Below are positions 48,504-58,416 of a DNA stretch of 64,000 bases, one piece after another; the first letter of the stretch is position 1; each line of letters begins with the position of its first letter. The DNA is from Candidatus Altiarchaeales archaeon (GTDB taxonomy: Archaea > Altiarchaeota > Altiarchaeia > IMC4 > SCGC-AAA252-I15). The notes under the pieces are model-generated. The model saw only the letters and a list, made by a program, of their open reading frames with translations. It was not told the origin of the DNA and did no database searches. The position numbers and the translations under genes are program-made. The stretch covers positions 288,001-352,000 of the forward strand of contig WJMO01000005.1 in the NCBI GenBank assembly GCA_014727915.1, read 5' to 3'.

Positions 48504-50234
48504 CTATCTTCTGTCTTTGACCCGTTCCAGCAGATTTTCCCGTTCGCTATAATATTCTTGGACGAACATGCCGAACTCGTTTATGCCCTTGATGTCTTTT
48601 TCTATGGCGTGTTTGAGGACTTTCTTCTTCTCCTCGATGTCCGCTTTCATCTCCGCTTCGGTCATGCCCGTCTTCTTGTTGACCTTTTCGAATATCTTGT
48701 CCGGCTTGCTGACCTGTATGTACGCGCGGTTCTTGGGCGAGTATAGGTATAGGTTGGACATGATGTTCGAGTCCGACATTGAGCCGTCGTATGTTATCTC
48801 CGATACCTCGATCAAGGTCCTGCTCATGTCCTTCAGGTTATGATACATGACCACCACTAGGTCCAGGGAGTTTATGTCGGTCTTTGGGATGTTATAGGAG
48901 GGGTCCATGAGCCTTTTCATCAGTTCGTTGCTGCTCGTGGCGTGTATGGTCGAGTATACTGGGTGCCCGATCTGCATGGCCTGGAAGAGCGCGCGTATCT
49001 CTTCAGGGCGGACAGCCTCACCCAGTATTATCCGCTCCGGTCGCATCTTAAGGCTGGTGTTTATCAGGTCTATGGTGTCTATCGGGTCTGTGTTAGGGTC
49101 GTCCCTTGAAGTCAGCGAGAGCCAGTTCCACGCGCGGTTCTCGGGTATGAAGATCTCCCTCACCGACTCTATGCTCAGCGTGTGTATGGACGGGGGTATG
49201 AGGCTGCATATGGCGTTCAGCAGCGTCGTCTTACCCGACCCCGATCCGCCGGCTACGAGGATGTTCAGGTCGTATTCGACGGCGAACCATAGTAGCGCGG
49301 CTATCTCCAGGCTGACGCTCGCATACTCTGTCATCAGCCCGACTATGGTCCACGGGTTCCTCGAGAACTTCCTTATGGTTATCATGGTCCCCTGTGGCGA
49401 GACGGTGTTCAGCAGCGTAGTAACCCGGTCGCCTGTGTGCAGCCTCGTCTCTACGATGGGGTTGCTTATGTTTATCTCCTTCCTCGCGACCCGTGCCATC
49501 CTGTTGGCGATCTCTATCAGCGACTCCTCGCCGTTGGGGTATGCGTTGGTCTTCATCCAACCGTGCCGGCAGTGGTATATCGACACGGCATTGTTCCCGT
49601 TGAATACCACCTCCTCAACTTCCGGGTCCATCAGGAATATGCTCAGGCACCCGATCTCGGAGAACTCGTATAATAGGATGTCTGACAGGCGGTCCGTGAC
49701 GTCGGCAGGGAGCTTAAGCTCCTTCTTTATGGCTATCACCGCCATCCTCTTGGCCATCTCCATCTTCTGCTCGTGGTCCTGGCCTATCGGCGCAGTGTAG
49801 TCCCCCTTCACCCGTATGAGGTTGTGGAATACGTACTTCAACTGTATCTTCAGCCCGTTGCTGATCTTTATGGGGGGTACATAGTATGTTAGCACGTTCT
49901 CCCCGGGGAGGTCCAGGACCTTCACGACGAACTTCAGGTTCCTCCAGTCGAATTCCTCCTCCGAGACGACTTTTCCCTCCTCTATGGTCTCGTATTCGAT
50001 CAGCCCTGCGGGGGGTATGACATCCCATATCCGGTCGCTTCTTATGTCGAACACGTGGGCTTTCGAGAATACGTCGATTATGTTACGGTATGTGTGGGAG
50101 TCAAGGTTGAACGCGCTCTGCACCTTGGACAGGGGTATGGGCTTCTTGCCCTTTGATGTGGCCTCGTAAACCTTGTCATAGATGGCCTTGGCCTTCACCA
50201 GTTCGCTCTCACTGTAGCCCTCCGGGTCTGGCAT
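48504..50234 (-). CDS. Type II/IV secretion / pilus assembly ATPase (VirB11/TadA/FlaI family)
   Basis: DPEVEEV..NG, ITIRKF, GGSGSGKTT, LKMRPERIILGE, GHPVYSTIHA. Confidence 0.93.
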   Translation of the reverse strand: MPDPEGYSESELVKAKAIYDKVYEATSKGKKPIPLSKVQSAFNLDSHTYRNIIDVFSKAHVFDIRSDRIWDVIPPAGLIEYETIEEGKVVSEEEFDWRNLKFVVKVLDLPGENVLTYYVPPIKISNGLKIQLKYVFHNLIRVKGDYTAPIGQDHEQKMEMAKRMAVIAIKKELKLPADVTDRLSDILLYEFSEIGCLSIFLMDPEVEEVVFNGNNAVSIYHCRHGWMKTNAYPNGEESLIEIANRMARVARKEINISNPIVETRLHTGDRVTTLLNTVSPQGTMITIRKFSRNPWTIVGLMTEYASVSLEIAALLWFAVEYDLNILVAGGSGSGKTTLLNAICSLIPPSIHTLSIESVREIFIPENRAWNWLSLTSRDDPNTDPIDTIDLINTSLKMRPERIILGEAVRPEEIRALFQAMQIGHPVYSTIHATSSNELMKRLMDPSYNIPKTDINSLDLVVVMYHNLKDMSRTLIEVSEITYDGSMSDSNIMSNLYLYSPKNRAYIQVSKPDKIFEKVNKKTGMTEAEMKADIEEKKKVLKHAIEKDIKGINEFGMFVQEYYSERENLLERVKDRR

Positions 50235-50288
50235 AGATGATATTGTGACCTTCCATATAAGTGCTTTTCCGGTAACCTAACCCTCACC

Positions 50289-50741
50289 ATGGCATTTTTA
50301 TTTCTCACATGGCTATTTCCTACTCCTATGAGCAGGCTAGCAGGTGAAGAGCCAGGGAAGGTCAAAAACACAATTCAAACACTCATACTTGCGTCAGCGG
50401 CGGTCCTGTCCACTCTCATGTTCTTCTCTGTCTTGGGGGCGGCCTATGTGATGTCAACATCCCCCCATGTGGCTTCCACCACATCCTCGACGGTTCCGAC
50501 TTCCACCACCTCAACCACGGCTTCCACCACATCCTCGACGTCTTCGACTTCCACCACTTCAACCACGGCTTCCACCACGACTACGACCCAACCTCCGTGT
50601 GGAGGGTTCAACCAGAAGCCATGCGGGGGTAGCACATGCGACCCCGGCTATGATATATCTGCCGGCGGGAGGTGCTGGCCCATCAAAGGAGGCGGGGGCG
50701 GGTGCTACATACCAGCAGGATACCTGGAGTCCTGGAGGTGA
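50289..50741 (+). CDS. Membrane-anchored Ser/Thr-rich, Cys-rich surface protein
   Basis: TM segment, long STT linker, CGG..Q.PC motif. Confidence 0.65.
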   Translation: MAFLFLTWLFPTPMSRLAGEEPGKVKNTIQTLILASAAVLSTLMFFSVLGAAYVMSTSPHVASTTSSTVPTSTTSTTASTTSSTSSTSTTSTTASTTTTTQPPCGGFNQKPCGGSTCDPGYDISAGGRCWPIKGGGGGCYIPAGYLESWR

Positions 50742-50778
50742 GCTAATATAAAGAGAGGCTACCAATCCATATACGCAT

Positions 50779-51705
50779 ATGAGGTCCGTGCTGTTCATCC
50801 TGGCTCTGGTGTTGTCTTCCGCTTGCATCGCTGGGAAGTCCTGTGAGAACCCCTACACCCTCGTATACGGGGATTGCTGCCTGGACGAGGACTCAGACGG
50901 CATATGCGACAGTGACAAGCCGGTATGCAACCCCCCTTACATGTTGAAGGGCGTGGATTGCTGCCTGGACGAGGACTCAGACGGCATATGCGACAGTGAC
51001 AAGACCCCCACCACCACGAATTCTGAGGCTACCGCATCCACCCAGGCCACGACCACGTCTTCCACCCAGGCTACCACCACCTCCCTGCCAGCCGAGTGCG
51101 AGTGCGTTAACGTGTCCGAGTGCACATCCTACTCTGACATCGCATGCGACGACAGGGGCAGGGCTGTGACAGTCCATTATACTCCTATCATATGCTCCGA
51201 CGGCGAGTGCGTCTACAGGAGCAGCCAGGAGATAAGCAGGTACTCATGCGGTTACTGGGAGCGTTGCGTTGACGGTCTTGGATGCGTCCCGGAAGAGAAC
51301 GTCTCATCCTACACTACCACTACATTGAAGTACACCTACAGCTTCGAGGGCATAGTGGACCGGGTCAGCGAGAAGGCGTCCATGACCACCACTACCACCA
51401 CCCTGGCGGAGATGGACTGCTTTGACGATGACGGCGGCAGGAGATACGGCTCCAGGAGCGTCAACGTCTCCGGATACTATTATGACAATAAGACGGCGGT
51501 CTACTCCATCTCCGAGCATTGTATCGGATCGGACGTCATCGAATACTACTGTGAATCCGGGGTTTTGGAGAGCATTAGGCACACTTGCGCCGGGGAGTGC
51601 GTTGATGGCAGGTGCTGCGGGAAGCCGACTGACACGTGCACTGGAGACAGGGACTGCTGCAGCGGCCAGTGCAAGTCCAGGGGCATACTCAAATACTGCC
51701 TCTGA
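50779..51705 (+). CDS. Cys-rich lipoprotein-like surface protein with DxDxDG Ca-binding-like repeats
   Basis: Signal ending SSAC; CCLDEDSDGICD twice; Thr linkers; C.DDDGG motif. Confidence 0.8.
   Translation: MRSVLFILALVLSSACIAGKSCENPYTLVYGDCCLDEDSDGICDSDKPVCNPPYMLKGVDCCLDEDSDGICDSDKTPTTTNSEATASTQATTTSSTQATTTSLPAECECVNVSECTSYSDIACDDRGRAVTVHYTPIICSDGECVYRSSQEISRYSCGYWERCVDGLGCVPEENVSSYTTTTLKYTYSFEGIVDRVSEKASMTTTTTTLAEMDCFDDDGGRRYGSRSVNVSGYYYDNKTAVYSISEHCIGSDVIEYYCESGVLESIRHTCAGECVDGRCCGKPTDTCTGDRDCCSGQCKSRGILKYCL
50871..51003 (+). repeat. Intragenic 49-bp identical direct repeat (period 84 bp)
   Basis: GGATTGCTGC...GTGACAAG at 50871-50919 and 50955-51003. Confidence 0.85.
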
Positions 51706-51735
51706 TCCCCTCTTTTAAAGATGGGGGATTAATGA

Positions 51736-52245
51736 TTGAATGGGTCAGTTAAACAGTATTTGGTGGTCAGATTGGTCGGAAACGAGACAACTCACAGGAC
51801 TGTGGGCGAAGTCAATCTCAACAAGGTCGTTCTGGTATCCTCTCAGACGTCGATATTCGACGCTTGCAAGCACATGGCCGAGAAGAACGTTGACAGCGTA
51901 TTGGTCGTGGACAAGTCCGGCGACGGCGCCAAGCCCGAGTTCCTCGTCAGGCCGCTTATAAAGGGCATCCTAACCTCCAAGGACATAGTCTTGAAGGTCA
52001 TCTCCCAGGACGTGGACCTGAAGAAGACGCCGGTGTCGTCTGTCATGACCTCCCCGGTCCGCACAATAGAGTCGGACGCCTCACTCTACAAGGTGGCGTC
52101 CTTCATGAACAAGAACGACTTCCGTCAGATGCCTGTCGTGTCCCCCGAGGAGATCAGGGGCATGGCCACCTCCTCCAGGGTTAACATGGTCATCTTGGAG
52201 AGCATAATAACGGACATCAAGCTGATGGCATCCCTATTCAGGTGA
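51736..52245 (+). CDS. CBS domain pair protein
   Basis: SVLVVD..GILT.KDI..V..VMTSPV.TI, FRQMPVV; start uncertain. Confidence 0.88.
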   Translation: MNGSVKQYLVVRLVGNETTHRTVGEVNLNKVVLVSSQTSIFDACKHMAEKNVDSVLVVDKSGDGAKPEFLVRPLIKGILTSKDIVLKVISQDVDLKKTPVSSVMTSPVRTIESDASLYKVASFMNKNDFRQMPVVSPEEIRGMATSSRVNMVILESIITDIKLMASLFR

Positions 52246-52256
52246 GGGGGGGGGTT

Positions 52257-52889
52257 CTAGCATCTCTTCACGTAGGCTTCCCTGACCAGTATCTTGGCTT
52301 CCATGGGCTCTTCACAGTATGGGTTGCAGGTCAGCTGGTATTCGCCCGCCTCTTCCGCGTAGAATATGAGCTCGTAGCTCTCCCCGGACTGCAGTGTTAT
52401 GGACTTGTTAGTGTAGGTCTCCCTTATGCGGTGCAGGCCTTTGACGTTGGTTATGTTGGCTATCACCGTGTCACCTACGAAGACCTCTATCTCGTCAGGC
52501 CTGAACTCCTGCCCTTTGATCCTCATGTGGAACTGCCTGGCCTGGGGGGTGTAGTCCTTTACAGGTATGGTCACGCAGGTGGTGCTGGTGGATGAGGTGG
52601 TCGTCGTTGGGGTGTCGCATACCCACTGGACGCATTCACAACCCTCCTTGGGGGCATGCACCCACTGGGTGCCATCGTCGATCGTGGTCGTCGTGGTCTC
52701 CTTGACTGTCATGGTGGTGGCTTCGGGCTTTGGTGTCGTGGTGGTTGTTTTGACTGTGTCATGGGTTGTCGATGTGGGCTTGGTTGATGTTGTTGCCGTG
52801 TTGGTCGTGTCGGGGGTCAGGCACCCTGATGCCAGAAGGAGCGCAATGAAACATGTCATCGCATGCCATGGTTTCATCGTTTTATCCAT
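52257..52889 (-). CDS. Lipoprotein with Thr-rich linker and C-terminal cupredoxin-like domain
   Basis: LASGC signal; F.PDEIEV..GDTV, GLH, GEY...CNPYC...M. Confidence 0.8.
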   Translation of the reverse strand: MDKTMKPWHAMTCFIALLLASGCLTPDTTNTATTSTKPTSTTHDTVKTTTTTPKPEATTMTVKETTTTTIDDGTQWVHAPKEGCECVQWVCDTPTTTTSSTSTTCVTIPVKDYTPQARQFHMRIKGQEFRPDEIEVFVGDTVIANITNVKGLHRIRETYTNKSITLQSGESYELIFYAEEAGEYQLTCNPYCEEPMEAKILVREAYVKRC

Positions 52890-52932
52890 TGGGTTAGGTG
52901 TTTATATACCTTCTTGGACATATTCATAGGTT

Positions 52933-53280
52933 ATGCCTGACTGTTCTGGATGCACCGCATGCTGCAGGCATGTTTCCATCGAAGTGGACGAGCCTGACAC
53001 ATATGAGGAGCTGGACGAGTACCTTTGGCTTGTTTTGCACGAGGGTGTTGACGTCTACATTGACGACGGCGACTGGTATGTGGAGTTCAAGACAAAGTGC
53101 ACTGCCTTAGCTGATGACGGCAGGTGCACCCGCTACGAGGGCCGGCCGCTGCTATGCCGCAACTACGACCCCAAGGACTGTCTCAAGCATGGGGAGGAAG
53201 CATGGTACGACCATTATTTCACGACTCCCGAGGAGCTGAAGGCATACTGGGAGAAGGCGAAGAGAGCAGAGAGCCAATAG
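52933..53280 (+). CDS. YkgJ family cysteine-cluster (CxxCxxCC) protein
   Basis: CSGCTACC, C..L...RC..YE.RP..CR.Y. Confidence 0.9.
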   Translation: MPDCSGCTACCRHVSIEVDEPDTYEELDEYLWLVLHEGVDVYIDDGDWYVEFKTKCTALADDGRCTRYEGRPLLCRNYDPKDCLKHGEEAWYDHYFTTPEELKAYWEKAKRAESQ

Positions 53281-53382
53281 TATATCCCATATTATTTTGA
53301 AAAAAGCCATTTTTTTATGAATAATTAATATATGTCATGCTCTGCTGTCTTTTAATCTCCTATTCCATATTTCCTATCTCAA

Positions 53383-55785
53383 ATGGCTGGGAAGAAGAAA
53401 TACGACCCCCGAGAGGCCGAGCCAAGGTGGCAGAGGCTGTGGGAGGAGGACCAGGTCTACAGATTCGACCCGGATGCGGGGGGTGCGGTCTACAGCGTGG
53501 ACACGCCTCCGCCGACGGTATCCGGGAAGATGCACCTTGGGCATGCGTTCAGCTACAGCCAGCAGGACTTCATCGTCCGCTACAAGCGGATGCGAGGCTA
53601 TAACATCTTCTACCCGTTCGGCACCGACGACAACGGCATACCAACGGAGCGGCTGGTTGAGAAGATGAAGAAGGTCCGCGCCCGGGACATGGAACGTCAG
53701 GACTTCATCAAGCTCTGCCTCAGGACCTTGGAGGAGGAGCTAAGGCCAAAGTACATAGAGGACTGGAAGCGCATCGGCATGAGCTGCGACTGGAACGTCT
53801 TCTACACGACCATCAACGAGCACTGCCAGAGGATAAGCCAGAAGTCCTTCATCGACCTGTACGGGATGGGCCGGGAGTACCGGAAGGACGCGCCCACCAT
53901 GTGGTGTCCCGAGTGCCAGACGGGCATAAGCCAGGTTGAGTGCGAGGACAAGGAGTTGGAGTCATCGTTCAACGACATCATATTCAAGGTGGACGGCGAG
54001 GACCTTGTGATAGCCACCACGAGGCCCGAGCTATTGCCCGCCTGCGTGGCTGTATTCTACCACCCCGACGACGAACGCTACAAGAAGCACGAGGGCAGGG
54101 AGGCTAAGGTCCCATTGTTCGACATCAACGTCCCCATCCTCCCCGACCCCCGGGCTGACCCTGAGAAGGGGACGGGCATCGTCATGTGCTGCACATTCGG
54201 CGATCAGACGGACATGGAATGGCAGAAGGCCCACGAACTCCCCATCAAGGTCGCTATCTCCCCGGATGGCAGGATGACCGGCCAGGCCGAGAGATACGAG
54301 GGTTTGAAGGTCAAAGAGGCGAGGGAGAGGATAATAGGGGACTTGAAGGAGGCGGGGCTGCTGGTGAAGCAGGAGAAGATCCTCCACCCAGTCAACGTCC
54401 ACGAGCGCTGCGGCACGGAGATCGAGTACCTGAAGAGCAAGCAGTGGTTCATAAGGTACCTGGACTTGAAGGACGAGATGCTCGAGTGGGGTTACCAGCT
54501 GAACTGGCACCCGGAGCACATGAGGCACCGATTCGACCACTGGGTGAAGGGCCTCCAGTGGGACTGGCTCATATCCAGGCAGCGGTACTTTGGCGTTCCC
54601 TTCCCTGTGTGGTATTGCAGCGAATGCGAGGCCGAGGTATTGGCCAGGGCGGAGGACCTCCCGGTTGACCCGCTGGTTGACAACCCCCCCGTTGACAAGT
54701 GCCCCAACTGCGGTTGCAAGGAGTTCACGCCCGAGGAGGATGTGTTGGACACGTGGGCCACCTCATCCCTGACGCCCCATCTATCCGCCGACCTCTACAA
54801 GGACCATCCAATCTACGAAAAAATCTATCCTATGAGCCTCAGGCCCCAGGCCCATGACATCATCACCTTCTGGCTGTTCAACACGGTGGTTAAGAGTCGC
54901 ATGCATGATAGGGTGAACCCGTGGGCTGACGTGGTCATCTCAGGCCACGCCCAGGACCCCCACGGCCGGAAGATGAGCAAATCCAAGGGGAATGTCATCG
55001 AGCCCCAGGAGATGCTCGAGAAGTACAGCGCGGATTCGCTGAGGTTCTGGGCTGCCGGTTGCAAGCTCGGCGACGACCTCCCCTTCAGCGAGAAGGACCT
55101 TGTCACAGGGGAGAAGTTCATCACCAAGATATGGAATGCGTCACGGTTCGTGTTCATGCACCTGGAGGACTACGACGGCAAAGACGTCGAATTGGAGGAT
55201 GTTGACAGGTGGTTGTTGACCAAGCTGTCGAAGATAATAGCGGCTTCCACGGAGTCGTTCGACAAGTACGAGTACAGCCGGACGAAATCGGAGGTTGAGA
55301 AGTTCTTCTGGCAGACCTTCTGCGACTACTACCTCGAGATCGTGAAGCAGCGCCTTTACAAGCCCGAATTGCGCGGTGAAGAGTCCCGGAGGGCCGCCCA
55401 GCATGTCCTATATCACGCTCTTCTGGCTGTTGTGAAGATGATGGCTCCCATCATGCCCCACATAACCGAGGAGATATACCAGACATACTACCGGGAGTTG
55501 GAGGGGAGCAAGTCAGTCCATGTAAGCGCATGGCCTGATGAGGGGTTGGTCGATGAGGAGGCCGAGAGGAAGGGCGACCTGCTGGTAGAGGCTGTCGCGC
55601 TCATCCGCAAGGTCAAGTCCGACAACCAGCTGAGCCTTGGCAAGGAGGTGGAGAAGGCGAAGATAACCGGGTCCAAGGACCAGTTGGACATGCTGAAACC
55701 CCTGGAAGCGGATGTTAAAGGAACGGGGAAGATAGGCCTGTTGGAATATGAGGTTGGAGACGGGTTGAGTGTTTCCTTGTCCTAG
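53383..55785 (+). CDS. valS: Valine--tRNA ligase (archaeal type)
   Basis: DTPPPTVSG.MHLGH, ISRQRYFG, LRPQAHDII, KMSKS. Confidence 0.96.
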   Translation: MAGKKKYDPREAEPRWQRLWEEDQVYRFDPDAGGAVYSVDTPPPTVSGKMHLGHAFSYSQQDFIVRYKRMRGYNIFYPFGTDDNGIPTERLVEKMKKVRARDMERQDFIKLCLRTLEEELRPKYIEDWKRIGMSCDWNVFYTTINEHCQRISQKSFIDLYGMGREYRKDAPTMWCPECQTGISQVECEDKELESSFNDIIFKVDGEDLVIATTRPELLPACVAVFYHPDDERYKKHEGREAKVPLFDINVPILPDPRADPEKGTGIVMCCTFGDQTDMEWQKAHELPIKVAISPDGRMTGQAERYEGLKVKEARERIIGDLKEAGLLVKQEKILHPVNVHERCGTEIEYLKSKQWFIRYLDLKDEMLEWGYQLNWHPEHMRHRFDHWVKGLQWDWLISRQRYFGVPFPVWYCSECEAEVLARAEDLPVDPLVDNPPVDKCPNCGCKEFTPEEDVLDTWATSSLTPHLSADLYKDHPIYEKIYPMSLRPQAHDIITFWLFNTVVKSRMHDRVNPWADVVISGHAQDPHGRKMSKSKGNVIEPQEMLEKYSADSLRFWAAGCKLGDDLPFSEKDLVTGEKFITKIWNASRFVFMHLEDYDGKDVELEDVDRWLLTKLSKIIAASTESFDKYEYSRTKSEVEKFFWQTFCDYYLEIVKQRLYKPELRGEESRRAAQHVLYHALLAVVKMMAPIMPHITEEIYQTYYRELEGSKSVHVSAWPDEGLVDEEAERKGDLLVEAVALIRKVKSDNQLSLGKEVEKAKITGSKDQLDMLKPLEADVKGTGKIGLLEYEVGDGLSVSLS

Positions 55786-55786
55786 C

Positions 55787-56311
55787 TTATGCCTTTGTTT
55801 TCACATATACCATTACTGTCTCTCCTTTTGTGTTTTTCCCCGGTTCTAGCGTCATGTCCGCTTCGTTTGTGCTGTGGACTCCCCCGTCCTGGACCTGTTT
55901 CACCTTCATGTCCGCTGCTATCGCCTGCCCTATCTGTTTCCTGGCCTCCGGGTTCAGTGGGTTGGCTGGGTTGAACTGGGTTTTAAGCAGTTCTGTCGGG
56001 TCCTCAACGACGAAACCTACGGCCACACCTATCAGCCCGCGTTCACTACTCTTTTCAGCTACCCTGGGGGATATGAGCTTTGGTTCTGCGGTTCTTTCGT
56101 AGTCTGTTGGGTACATGATCACCACTCCCCTGAGTTCTGGGAACCTGCTTCCCAATTGGTTAACGGTTCCTTGGAGGCTTTCAAATCCCTTCTCTGCAAC
56201 CGCTCTGAATGCCATGACCTCGCCTGTCAGGTTCTTTTCGATTTCAGGTTCTGTTTCCCCGGGGTTGAACCGTGGCATCACACCATCAGTCCCTATCCTC
56301 CTCTTTTTCAT
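55787..56311 (-). CDS. Hypothetical protein
   Basis: ORF with basic N-terminus MKKRR; start taken at ATG 56311. Confidence 0.55.
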   Translation of the reverse strand: MKKRRIGTDGVMPRFNPGETEPEIEKNLTGEVMAFRAVAEKGFESLQGTVNQLGSRFPELRGVVIMYPTDYERTAEPKLISPRVAEKSSERGLIGVAVGFVVEDPTELLKTQFNPANPLNPEARKQIGQAIAADMKVKQVQDGGVHSTNEADMTLEPGKNTKGETVMVYVKTKA

Positions 56312-56318
56312 GGTCTGT

Positions 56319-57101
56319 TTACACTTTTGGCAGTCTGCCTTTTTTAACAGCAGACGGCCGGACCACACCATACTTCCGCTTTTCTGCGGGTGGCTTCAAT
56401 TCGCCCAACTCCTTGGGTGGTAGATCAGCTGTCATATCGCTGTCTGCCTTGGGTGGTAGATTAGATGTCATATCGATGTCCGAATCCCCAGGTCCCCCTG
56501 TCTGGCTGACCCCGCCTCCAGTCAACATCCTCTTGACCCTCTTAAAAAACCATGTGAATCCCCTTGGCTCTTCACTCTCCCCACCCTGTCTGGGCGTGCC
56601 TTGCAAGCCATGTTTCAGTAGTGAGTCCAGGACTTTCAGTTCTGTTTGTAGGAGATGCTCCCTATCCAGGAGTGCTTGCGACACGCGTTCACCCCCTTCT
56701 TTCACCCTCATGCGTATCTCTCCCTTAGTGAAGTCCTCGTTTATCATTATCCCATGTTGGGTCTCCATGGTCAGCTGTATGCCCTCATCGTTGATCGCGA
56801 CCACACCCCCCCTGTCCCCGCACCTATAGTCGTATTCCCCCGGTTCATATCTCCGCTCAGGGTCGTATTTCTCCCACTTTGGCTGGGGGTGAGCTTCCCC
56901 CCATCTCTTATACTCTTCTCCCATCATACGCTCTACTTCCCCCAGTTCCCTCCCCAGTTCCATGAGTCTTTCAGGGCCTCTTCCACTGGCTATTACCCCC
57001 TGCACCCTAAGCATAATCTCATCGTAAACCTTCTCTTCCGCCCCCAATGCCCTTCTCACTTCAGCTGAAGCATAACCTTTTCTCTCCACAACTTTTCCCA
57101 T
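56319..57101 (-). CDS. Hypothetical protein with a 12-aa internal repeat near the C-terminus
   Basis: Start taken at ATG 57101 (upstream part overlaps glmU); DMT..LPPK twice. Confidence 0.6.
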   Translation of the reverse strand: MGKVVERKGYASAEVRRALGAEEKVYDEIMLRVQGVIASGRGPERLMELGRELGEVERMMGEEYKRWGEAHPQPKWEKYDPERRYEPGEYDYRCGDRGGVVAINDEGIQLTMETQHGIMINEDFTKGEIRMRVKEGGERVSQALLDREHLLQTELKVLDSLLKHGLQGTPRQGGESEEPRGFTWFFKRVKRMLTGGGVSQTGGPGDSDIDMTSNLPPKADSDMTADLPPKELGELKPPAEKRKYGVVRPSAVKKGRLPKV

Positions 57102-57156
57102 CAATAAATACTGGGATGAATTCTTTTTTATCCTTGTTCTCCGTTGATAATACAAC

Positions 57157-58380
57157 ATGGACGCCGTTGTTCTGGCTGCGGGTGAGGGCACGCGTTTGAG
57201 GCCTTTGACCTCCACTAGGCCCAAGCCCATGCTGCCCGTTGCTGGCAAGCCCATCCTGGAATGGAACCTGGAGGCCCTCGACTGTGTGGGTGTGAAGAAG
57301 GCTGTCATCGTAGTCGGGTACATGCGGGAGGCCATCGAATCCTATTTCGGGAGGAAGTTCCGGAAGGTGAGGCTCGAGTACGTGGAGCAGAAGGAGCAGT
57401 TGGGCACTGCTAACGCCTTGTCGTCTGCCAGGGGCATGGTGAAGGGGGAGTTCATCGTGTTGAACGGCGACCTCTTCATAACCCGGAAGGTTCTTTCATC
57501 GCTCATCGAAGCCCATGGCAGGCACGGGGCAGAGGTGACTATGTCCCTTGTTGAGGTCAGGGAACCCCGTTCGTTCGGGATCGTCGAGGTGAGCCGTGGC
57601 AAGGTCGAGTCACTGGTCGAGAAGCCGAAGCGGCCGAAGAGCAACCTCGCGAACGCTGGCGTGTACATATTCAAAGAAGGCATATTCGAGGTCATTGAGG
57701 GGTTGAAGAAGAGCGTGCGGATGGAATACGAGCTCACAGACGCCATCGGCAGGCTGATCAAAGACGGTGTCGTCTACGGTTGCAGGAACGAGGAGGGCCA
57801 GTGGATAGACGTAGGTTTGCCCTGGAACCTTTTGGACGCGAACGAGATCGTCATGAAGAGCGTTCCGTTGAAGATGAGCAAGAAGGCGACAGTCGAAGAC
57901 TATGCTGTCCTCAAGGGCTCTGTTAACGTCGGCGACGGCACGGTCATAAGGTCGGGCTCGTACATCGAGGGTCCCGTGTACATCGGCAGGGACTGTGTGA
58001 TCGGCCCCAACTGTTACATACGCCCCCACACCGTAATAATGGACGGTTGCAAGGTGGGCAACGCCGTCGAGGTCAAGAACTCCATAATCATGCCGCGAAC
58101 ATGCGTCGGCCACCTGTCATACGTTGGGGATTCAATAATCGGGGAGGGCTGCAACTTCGGCGCGGGCACCAAGGTCGCCAACCTTCGGTTCGACGACGGG
58201 GAAGTGTCCATTGAGGTCAAGCAGAATATGGTAATGTCCGGCCGGCGGAAGTTCGGGGTCCTCATGGGCGACAACGTGAAGACGGGCATAAACGTGTCCA
58301 TAATGCCTGGCCGTTCCATCTACCCGAACGCCTACGTGGACGCCGGCAGCGTGGTGAAGAACACCATATACACGGAATAG
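57157..58380 (+). CDS. glmU: Bifunctional sugar-1-phosphate nucleotidyltransferase/acetyltransferase (archaeal GlmU)
   Basis: LAAGEGTRLRPLT..RPKPM, hexapeptide repeats, HLSYVGDS, NFGAGTKVANLRFD, GRRKFG. Confidence 0.93.
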   Translation: MDAVVLAAGEGTRLRPLTSTRPKPMLPVAGKPILEWNLEALDCVGVKKAVIVVGYMREAIESYFGRKFRKVRLEYVEQKEQLGTANALSSARGMVKGEFIVLNGDLFITRKVLSSLIEAHGRHGAEVTMSLVEVREPRSFGIVEVSRGKVESLVEKPKRPKSNLANAGVYIFKEGIFEVIEGLKKSVRMEYELTDAIGRLIKDGVVYGCRNEEGQWIDVGLPWNLLDANEIVMKSVPLKMSKKATVEDYAVLKGSVNVGDGTVIRSGSYIEGPVYIGRDCVIGPNCYIRPHTVIMDGCKVGNAVEVKNSIIMPRTCVGHLSYVGDSIIGEGCNFGAGTKVANLRFDDGEVSIEVKQNMVMSGRRKFGVLMGDNVKTGINVSIMPGRSIYPNAYVDAGSVVKNTIYTE

Positions 58381-58416
58381 GACTTATATCCGATTCCTTC
58401 CTCTTCTTTTAATATA

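Noticed and set aside
50470-50590. Short DNA repeats (also 52690-52810 and 56410-56480)
   Set aside because: Explained by Ser/Thr linkers or a 12-aa peptide repeat within coding sequences
39591-55785. Inteins or introns in leuS, valS, the pilus ATPase or tRNA-Ser
   Set aside because: Lengths are normal and no splicing or bulge-helix-bulge motifs were seen
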